Shown: positions 18,890 through 24,930 of the stretch, piece by piece
Position numbering within the stretch: position 1 is the first letter of the stretch
Layout of the letters: every line of letters begins with the position of its first letter
NCBI GenBank assembly: GCA_964362185.1
Contig: CAYIDS010000001.1
Coordinates: 1 to 25,897 of the forward strand
Origin: an uncultured Candidatus Saccharimonas sp.
GTDB lineage: Bacteria; Patescibacteriota; Saccharimonadia; Saccharimonadales; OMJO01
Reading direction: 5' to 3'
DNA: 25,897 nucleotides
Notes under the pieces: model-generated
What the model saw: the letters and a program-made list of their open reading frames with translations, nothing else
Database searches by the model: none
Told to the model about the DNA's origin: nothing
Made by a program: the position numbers and the translations under genes

Positions 18890-18938
18890 TTTTGTTAGAT
18901 ATAGCAAATATGTGACACGAAAGGTACAATCATCTCAA

Positions 18939-19080
18939 GTGGTTTGCCACTTTTGACCTAAACCATGTAATTGGCATGGTCATAAACCCAGTGAAGAATA
19001 CTGAGCTCGTCGTTCAGGTATCTTCACTGGTCGCAGTCCGAAAGGATTGTGGGGGACGAGAGTCTCCGCTTGGCGGCGAG
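18939..19080 (+). other. Multi-hairpin structured leader, candidate ncRNA or cis element
   Basis: ACCATG/CATGGT; CCAGTGAAGA.../...TCTTCACTGG (18988-19030); CGCAGTCC-GAAA-GGATTGTG (19032-19051); GGGGAC-GAGA-GTCTCC (19052-19067). Confidence 0.5.
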
Positions 19081-19114
19081 CTTTTTGTTCCCGTCCTAAA
19101 CTAAAGGAGAAAAC

Positions 19115-19690
19115 ATGTCCGACACAAAAGAAGTCAAAGCATCACAACATGAAAGCTACGGCGCATTTACAATAATCTCAATACTTTTACCCATAGTTGG
19201 AGTAATTTTAGGTATTGTTTTTCTTACCAAGGACAAGAAACTTGATAAAAAATTAGGTGAACACTGCATCGCTATAGGCGTTCTGTTCTCAATTATTTTC
19301 AGCGGTGTTTACTATTATTGGCTTGGGATTCAGACGACAACGATTCTTACAAACCCATATACCACACCACTGACAACGTCCAATTATCTTGACGACTATC
19401 AGCAACAGCAAAGTGTCGCAAAGGATGCCGTTAAAGTAACAAATACTTCCGTTAAAGACCAGGGTTATGGAATATACCAAGTAGTTGGCGAAGCAACCAA
19501 CGGCAACAGTACAGCTAAAACATTTACCTTGAAGGCTACATTTTATGACACCGCTGGCAAAATCCTTGGAACAGCAACTGGAGCACTGGATAATGTGTCT
19601 GCCGGTGAAACCAAAACATTTACTCTAGTATCTACGGATAAAATAGCTGGTTATGCAAACTATAAGGTTCAAATAGATTCCATATTTTGA
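19115..19690 (+). CDS. Membrane-anchored FxLYD-domain protein
   Basis: Two N-terminal TM segments; C-terminal VVGEATN...KATFYDTAGKILGT...GETKTF. AAGGAG SD. Confidence 0.85.
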   Translation: MSDTKEVKASQHESYGAFTIISILLPIVGVILGIVFLTKDKKLDKKLGEHCIAIGVLFSIIFSGVYYYWLGIQTTTILTNPYTTPLTTSNYLDDYQQQQSVAKDAVKVTNTSVKDQGYGIYQVVGEATNGNSTAKTFTLKATFYDTAGKILGTATGALDNVSAGETKTFTLVSTDKIAGYANYKVQIDSIF

Positions 19691-19790
19691 TTTTTTTTGC
19701 GGGTCTAATACTAAAAATATCGAGCAGAACCTGAGAGTTATTTAAGCATAAGCATTAGTCCAAGTAGACTGAATGTTGTACAATTTAAGT

Positions 19791-20300
19791 ATGAGTAACG
19801 TAGCCAATAGTAAGTATGAGAATGCAATTTTATACCTCTGTAAGCAACAGGGCGGGGTGCTTCGTGGCAAAAAGAAACTTGCCAAACTACTTTATTATCT
19901 TGATTTCGATAGGTACGAATACAAAGAGTCCACTAAATCGATAACTGGCGATACTTACACAGCATTGCCAATGGGGCCAGTACCTGACCACTTTATGCAA
20001 ATAGTCCAGCAGCTTGAAAAAACAGGCAAACTGCAGAAGGAAACACAGGAAGACTCGCCAGGATATAATCCTACAGAAGTATATATCTGCAAATCTGAAC
20101 CCGACATGTCGGTATTTGACGAGGACGAAAAAGCCATACTGAATCGTGTATTTACAGTCTATGGCCATCTTAACGGTAAACAGCTAGAAGATTTGACTCA
20201 CGCTGAAGCTCCGTATGTCGGCACCGAGCTGAGTAAAGAAATTGCTTACGACCTGGCTTTTTACCGAGGAACTGACTTCAGTGAACTTTCTACAGCATGA
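19791..20300 (+). CDS. Panacea (DUF4065/SocA-like) antitoxin
   Basis: KLAKLLYYLD, ITGDTY.ALPMGPVP, YGHLNGKQLEDLTH.EAP. Confidence 0.85.
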   Translation: MSNVANSKYENAILYLCKQQGGVLRGKKKLAKLLYYLDFDRYEYKESTKSITGDTYTALPMGPVPDHFMQIVQQLEKTGKLQKETQEDSPGYNPTEVYICKSEPDMSVFDEDEKAILNRVFTVYGHLNGKQLEDLTHAEAPYVGTELSKEIAYDLAFYRGTDFSELSTA

Positions 20301-20643
20301 CGAGTTTGTTAACGAGCTAAAGAAACTTAGCAAATACCCAAGCCTACAGGGTGGCTTAGACTCTGTGAAACGACTTCTCGAGAAACAATTTGATCCGAAT
20401 AACCCTGAGGTAGTTATACCTCCTGGGAAAATACACAGAGTGCACCAAAATACTGTCTGGTCGCTTTGGAAAATAGAAGTAGTTTTACCGAAATCTGGGC
20501 TACGACCAAGCCAATGGCCTCGTATGTGGTTCGCTGTGAGTGGCGATAAGATTGCGTTCTTATGTATCGCTGCTCATATGCAGAATTACGATAACAATAC
20601 TATCGATGCCTTAGCCACCAGCCGAGCATCAGATTATTTTTAG
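20281..20643 (+). CDS. Putative RelE/ParE-fold toxin
   Basis: EFVNELKKLSKYPSL...WKIEV...SGLRP...RMWFAV..DKIAFLCI. Overlaps the antitoxin stop. GTG 20281 is preferred, with GAGGA upstream. The fold call is by resemblance only. Confidence 0.55.
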   Translation: MNFLQHDEFVNELKKLSKYPSLQGGLDSVKRLLEKQFDPNNPEVVIPPGKIHRVHQNTVWSLWKIEVVLPKSGLRPSQWPRMWFAVSGDKIAFLCIAAHMQNYDNNTIDALATSRASDYF

Positions 20644-20693
20644 TTGCCTCCATTTCAAGCCAAAGCCTCGACCGCCTCTGCCCGCTAGGGCAG

Positions 20694-21003
20694 CGCACCG
20701 ACAGGAAAACCGACCTTTTCCTTAGAAAAAATAAGGAATTGGCGGGAATATCTAAAAAATAAAAGGACGGTTTCCTGGCGGGGTGGCTTGCGGCAATCGC
20801 AAGCAGGCGGCGGGGCTGAGCTCGTCATCACGCTTTTTCAACAAAATAGGTTCGAGCTTCGTTGTAGAAATGAGCCAATTTGAAACTTTTTGGGTTTTCA
20901 GAAGAATTTTGAAGGGCGGCACGGAGTGCCGTCCAATGTTTTTCAAGGGGGGATTTCTGAGCTTCAGGGTAGCGAAGCTGTGCTTTTTTGTTGGATAAAA
21001 TGA
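20694..21003 (-). repeat. Internal inverted attP-like junction (P-core-P')
   Basis: 20873-21003 is the exact reverse complement of 22506-22636 (131/131 by manual check). 20694-20878 matches 18707-18889. The two arms share the AGCCAA core at 20873-20878. Confidence 0.95.
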
Positions 21004-21119
21004 CCGCCATACGTGGTTTTGGTATAATACAGAAGCACCCACATCATGATTGTTCTTTTTTATGGCCGTCTTTGGACCGCATTGAGCAATCATTGTGGGT
21101 GCACCAAGGGCGGTCATTT
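20998..21119 (+). promoter_or_regulatory. Putative recombinase promoter and long leader hairpin
   Basis: TGgTATAAT (-10 at 21023-21028) and ATGACC 17 nt upstream; IR AAATGACCGCC/GGCGGTCATTT (20998-21008/21109-21119); inner stem GCACCCACA..ATGATTG/CAATCAT-TGTGGGTGC. Confidence 0.5.
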
Positions 21120-21136
21120 AAGTTAAGGAGGGTGAT

Positions 21137-22750
21137 GTGGCTGAAAAATATTTTCTTTACGCAAGGAAATCAACTGACGTTGAGGATAAGCAAGTTTTGT
21201 CCATAGAGGCACAATTAGCAGAACTACGTAACTATGCAAAACAAGAAAACTTACAGATTATTGAGGAATTAGTAGAAAAGCAATCAGCTAAAATACCAGG
21301 TCGCCGAATTTTCGGCGAAATGCTTAAACGCATTGAAGCTGGCGAAGCCAGTGGTATTTTGGCGTGGCACCCCGATAGACTTGCCAGAAACTCCATTGAC
21401 GGTGGACAGATAATCTACTTACTTGATATGGACAAAATACAAGCCCTAAAGTTCCCTAGTTTTTGGTTTGAAAGTACATCACAGGGCAAATTTATGCTTA
21501 GTATTGCTTTTGGACAATCCAAGTATTATGTAGACAACTTAGCTGAAAACACTAAACGAGGTTTACGCCAAAAAGTAAGACGAGGCGAATACCCTAGCCA
21601 TGCACCTATTGGCTACATAAACGATACTAGAAACAAAACAATTGTCGTGGACAAACGGCGTTCACTGATTGTCCGACAGGCATTTGAGCTGTACGCCAAA
21701 AACAATAGCCGATTAGAAGACATAGCCAACTTTTTAGCTAAGAACGGCATAAAGACATCTAGTGGTAAAACATACAAGAAAGACCGCATATCTTTCATGC
21801 TTGCTAACCCCTTTTATTACGGCCATTTCCGCTACGTTGGCGAACAGTATGAGGGTAAACACACACCAATCATCACGAAGAAACTATTTGACCAAGTACA
21901 GGCAGTGCTAACGCAGCGTGGCAAGCCACGCAAGCACCCGTGCAACCAGCCAAAGGCTTTTTGTGGTTTATTAGCCTGTGGTAGCTGTGAAATGGGTGTA
22001 ACTGCTGAAAAACAGAAAGGCCATGTGTATTATCGCTGTACGAGGAAAAGCAAAGCCATGAAATGTATTGAGCCTTATGTTCGTGAGGAAGAATTAGACA
22101 ACCAACTGTCTGACTTGCTTATAAGCTATTCAATGCCTAATGATTGGGCGCAGGACTTGCAAGCCAGATTAGCCAAAGACGAGCAAAAGAATCAAACTGC
22201 CTCTGGTGTGTTTGTGGCTAATGCCCAAACAAAGATTCAGAGTTTGCAAAGCAAACTCCAACGACTTCTTGACGGCTATTTAGACCAAGATATTGACCGA
22301 GATACCTATGTAGAAAAGAAAGCTGAGCTGATGAGTGAAAAGAAGTCATTGGAGGAACAATCTTCCAAGCTAACGCTTGCCAATACAAGTTGGCTCGAAC
22401 CATTCAAAGAATGGATTACAGAGGCTTCTAGCCTTCGTAATGTCGCCAAGTCTGATGACTTAACCGAAAAGAAAGCCAAACTTCGTAAAATCTTTGGCTC
22501 GAACCTCATTTTATCCAACAAAAAAGCACAGCTTCGCTACCCTGAAGCTCAGAAATCCCCCCTTGAAAAACATTGGACGGCACTCCGTGCCGCCCTTCAA
22601 AATTCTTCTGAAAACCCAAAAAGTTTCAAATTGGCTGGGAGTGAGGGATTCGAACCCCCGAATGCCAGGACCAGAACCTGGTGCCTTACCACTTGGCCAA
22701 CTCCCAATAATGCGTATCTAACAGGGGAGATTGTAGCAAACATTGGGTAA
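21137..22750 (+). CDS. Large serine recombinase (resolvase + recombinase + Zn ribbon + coiled coil)
   Basis: YARKST catalytic Ser, DRLARN, NLAENTKRGL, P.GY, CGSC...YYRC...C. GGAGG SD before the GTG. The last 37 codons are read from the antisense tRNA and its upstream region. Confidence 0.95.
   Translation: MAEKYFLYARKSTDVEDKQVLSIEAQLAELRNYAKQENLQIIEELVEKQSAKIPGRRIFGEMLKRIEAGEASGILAWHPDRLARNSIDGGQIIYLLDMDKIQALKFPSFWFESTSQGKFMLSIAFGQSKYYVDNLAENTKRGLRQKVRRGEYPSHAPIGYINDTRNKTIVVDKRRSLIVRQAFELYAKNNSRLEDIANFLAKNGIKTSSGKTYKKDRISFMLANPFYYGHFRYVGEQYEGKHTPIITKKLFDQVQAVLTQRGKPRKHPCNQPKAFCGLLACGSCEMGVTAEKQKGHVYYRCTRKSKAMKCIEPYVREEELDNQLSDLLISYSMPNDWAQDLQARLAKDEQKNQTASGVFVANAQTKIQSLQSKLQRLLDGYLDQDIDRDTYVEKKAELMSEKKSLEEQSSKLTLANTSWLEPFKEWITEASSLRNVAKSDDLTEKKAKLRKIFGSNLILSNKKAQLRYPEAQKSPLEKHWTALRAALQNSSENPKSFKLAGSEGFEPPNARTRTWCLTTWPTPNNAYLTGEIVANIG
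22632..22706 (-). tRNA. tRNA-Gln(CTG)
   Basis: TGGGAGT/ACTCCCA acceptor, GCC-AAGTGGTAA-GGC D-arm, CCAGG-ttCTGgt-CCTGG anticodon arm, GGTTCGAATCC T-loop, G-CCA end (75 nt). Confidence 0.97.
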
Positions 22751-22789
22751 AAACGCTAGTGTGATACAATGCTCTCAGGTTAACAATTT

Positions 22790-22997
22790 AAAAAATATAA
22801 AGAGTGCAGTGATCCTTCTTCGTTTATAACTACGGAAGGAGAGCAAGAACTAGCTCTATGCCGGCAACCCATTGTTCTGAATCCTGAATATGGAAGCCCG
22901 ATGACTGAATTAAAACTTCAGAATTCAGAATTCTGATTTCAAACTTCAGACTTTACGGTGCTCCATCTAGACCGCCGTTGGCGGAAAGATGTTTTGC
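22790..22997 (+). promoter_or_regulatory. SAM-I-clan riboswitch (SAM-I or SAM-I/IV) with large insertions
   Basis: Core motifs in order: ATAT-AAAGAG, GGCAACC, GGTGC, P4 hairpin, GAAAGATG; P1 AAAATAT/ATGTTTT; located upstream of metK. Confidence 0.75.
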
Positions 22998-23011
22998 AAA
23001 CTTATGCATAT

Positions 23012-23046
23012 CCTTTCTGCCTATAACGGCACAGAAAGGTTTTTTT
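23012..23046 (+). terminator. Intrinsic terminator (riboswitch expression platform)
   Basis: Stem CCTTTCTG/CAGAAAGG followed by T7, ending at the base before the metK ATG. Confidence 0.75.
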
Positions 23047-24156
23047 ATGTCAAAAACATTATTCACTTCAGAAAGCGTGTGCGCTGGACACCCAGATAAA
23101 ATCTGCGATGCCATCAGTGACGCTTTGCTAGATGAAATATTACGCCAAGACCCGCTCAGTCGAGGTGCCATAGAAGCCGTGGCTGGTGCCAACCAGGTTA
23201 GTTTGTTTGGCGAGGTCAAAACAACCGCCAAGTTGGACTACAAAAAAGTCGTCTTTGATCTGATAAAAAAATTTGGCTATACCAACCCTGCCTGGGGCTT
23301 TTCGGCGGAGTCGCCATTTAGCAATTTTATTCATGAACAATCGCCAGAAATTGCCCAAGGCGTAGATGTAGACGGAGCCGGTGACCAAGGCATGATGTTT
23401 GGCTACGCTTGCAAGGAAACCCCAGAGCTGATGCCCATGCCAATAACTTTGGCACACTCGTTGACTAGGCGTATTGATGAGGCCAGGGAAAGAGGCGAGC
23501 TAAAGTGGCTGCGACCTGACGGAAAATCTCAGGTTACGGTTGAATATGAAAACGGCAAACCCGTGCGGGTTGTAAAAGTAGTGGCGGCTGTGGCACATAG
23601 TGAGGATGTCAGCCCGAGGGACGTTCGGGCAGGCGTGATAAAAACTGTCATTGAGCCTGTTTTGAAAAGTTATGGCTTTGAACTTCCAAAAGATACAGAC
23701 ATTATCATAAACGGCACTGGCGCATGGTACATTCCTGGTCCAGAAAGTGATGCTGGTTTGACTGGACGCAAAATTGTCGTTGATGGCTACGGCGGCTATG
23801 CCCGCGTGGGTGGTGGGGCCTTCAGCGGCAAAGACCCAAGTAAAGTAGACCGTTCTGGTGCCTACGCGGCGCGCTACATTGCCAAGAATATTGTGGCGGC
23901 AGGTTTGGCTGAGCGCTGTGAAGTAGGTTTGGCGTATGTCATCGGGCAGCCAAAGCCGCTGATGCAGACAATAGATACTTTTGGTACAGGCACGGTTAGC
24001 GATCAAAAACTCCATGCTTTCAAAGACAAACTAATTGACATCTCTGTTAAAGGCATCATAAAAACTCTCAATTTGCGCCGACCAATCTACAGCCAAACTA
24101 GTGCCTACGGTCACTTTGGCAAACCCGATTTGCCTTGGGAACAAATAAAAAGCTAG
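23047..24156 (+). CDS. metK: S-adenosylmethionine synthetase
   Basis: FTSESVCAGHPDKICD, GAGDQG, DGKSQVT, GLTGRKI, GGGAFSGKDPSKVDRS, YGHFG. Confidence 0.98.
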   Translation: MSKTLFTSESVCAGHPDKICDAISDALLDEILRQDPLSRGAIEAVAGANQVSLFGEVKTTAKLDYKKVVFDLIKKFGYTNPAWGFSAESPFSNFIHEQSPEIAQGVDVDGAGDQGMMFGYACKETPELMPMPITLAHSLTRRIDEARERGELKWLRPDGKSQVTVEYENGKPVRVVKVVAAVAHSEDVSPRDVRAGVIKTVIEPVLKSYGFELPKDTDIIINGTGAWYIPGPESDAGLTGRKIVVDGYGGYARVGGGAFSGKDPSKVDRSGAYAARYIAKNIVAAGLAERCEVGLAYVIGQPKPLMQTIDTFGTGTVSDQKLHAFKDKLIDISVKGIIKTLNLRRPIYSQTSAYGHFGKPDLPWEQIKS

Positions 24157-24674
24157 ATCGGTTCGATTTTGCCGCAGGCTAGGCGAGGGCCACCACTGTG
24201 GCCAGAGCCAGATTCGCCAGGGGTGTGAGGGTCTTCGTTGCCGTGTACCATAATTGATGTGCCTTCTTCTGGCTGCAGAATAGAAACCGGTCCGGCGGAG
24301 AGGGTTACACGAGTGGTAATGGTTTCTAGTTCGCCCTCGCCATTCTCATCGATTACGATGTTGGGCAGGTCACCAGCATGATAACCGTGATTGGCATCAG
24401 GGTCGCTGTTGCCGTTGGGACCCGGGTCAAAGTGCCCACCGGCGCACTTGAAGCCTTCGCACTGGCAGTCGCCCTTTTCGTGAATGTGCACGGCGCGTTT
24501 TCCGGGTTTTAGCACGGAAGGGTCTCCCTTGAGAGAAAGACGCAAATGAACGTACTTCCAGCCGTCAACGTCGTATTCTGTAAAAGTGGCTGTGCCAGCT
24601 ACGTTCGGTCCAGCTACATCTGCCTTGGCGTGTCCAGTAACTTGTTTATTATCGGCTAATAAATCAACTTTCAT
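24153..24674 (-). CDS. sodC: Cu/Zn superoxide dismutase, no signal peptide in frame
   Basis: HIHE, AGGHFDP, HAGDLPN, IMVH..ED, GPRLACG. ATG 24674 follows GGAG. Convergent 4-bp overlap with metK. Confidence 0.92.
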   Translation of the reverse strand: MKVDLLADNKQVTGHAKADVAGPNVAGTATFTEYDVDGWKYVHLRLSLKGDPSVLKPGKRAVHIHEKGDCQCEGFKCAGGHFDPGPNGNSDPDANHGYHAGDLPNIVIDENGEGELETITTRVTLSAGPVSILQPEEGTSIMVHGNEDPHTPGESGSGHSGGPRLACGKIEPI

Positions 24675-24789
24675 TTTTATGTCTCCAGACCACAAAAAGT
24701 ATCATCGTCAATAACGCCGCCCCGACAACCAGGCTGTTGATGTTCATTTCGGTGCTATGAAGCACAGTGTGGCGTGCCAATATATCCAT
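24664..24789 (-). CDS. 41-aa single-TM small protein overlapping the sodC start
   Basis: Manual translation: MDILARHTVLHSTEMNINSLVVGAALLTMILFVVWRHKNES. Below the ORF-track cutoff. Confidence 0.55.
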   Translation of the reverse strand: MDILARHTVLHSTEMNINSLVVGAALLTMILFVVWRHKNES

Positions 24790-24930
24790 AAATCTTTCTT
24801 TACTGCTGGTATTTTAGCATTAAAGAGCGATCAAGCGGATTTTCCTGCCTTATGCAGATATATAATTAACGCCTATGCTTGCTATTAGCGGATGGTTATT
24901 CCAAAATGAGCATGACTGAACGGAGAGGTA

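Larger units (their letters stand above)
18707..22636 (+). mobile_element. 3.9-kb LSR integrative element inserted at the CCA end of tRNA-Gln(CTG)
   Basis: Core TTGGCT at 18707-18712 and 22631-22636. The arms inside each core are found joined across the same core at 20694-21003 on the minus strand, which defines the attP-type junction. Confidence 0.85.

Noticed and set aside
19030-19080. c-di-GMP-I riboswitch resemblance (GAAA loop followed by GGGACG)
   Set aside because: It lacks the GGCAAA/GCAAAGC core and the tetraloop-receptor P3, so it is kept only as an unassigned structure.
20828-21010. 60-aa minus-strand ORF identical to the recombinase C-terminus, as an independent gene
   Set aside because: It arises from the inverted att junction and has no evident SD. 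It is treated as the template for the alternative tail, though expression as a peptide is not excluded.
18707-22636. Prophage or IS/transposon
   Set aside because: No structural, replication or DDE/HUH genes. The only mobility gene is the LSR.
18681-22721. ORFs 18681-18956, 20752-21117, 20783-20998 and 22494-22721 sharing peptide strings
   Set aside because: Off-frame or antisense readings of the P and P' repeats, not a gene family.
22862-22955. CRISPR-like or tandem repeat array (CTGAA/TTCAGA units)
   Set aside because: The units are 5-7 nt, irregular and inverted, forming the extended riboswitch stem. No repeat-spacer array or cas gene was seen anywhere in the window.
22978-23046. ORF-track N-terminal extension of metK
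   Set aside because: It overlaps the riboswitch and terminator. The conserved MetK N-terminus begins at ATG 23047.
1161-24015. Many other 60-190 aa ORFs nested in or antisense to ddl, cyo, MutS, TIR, the recombinase and metK
   Set aside because: They overlap well-supported genes and have no motifs or start signals.
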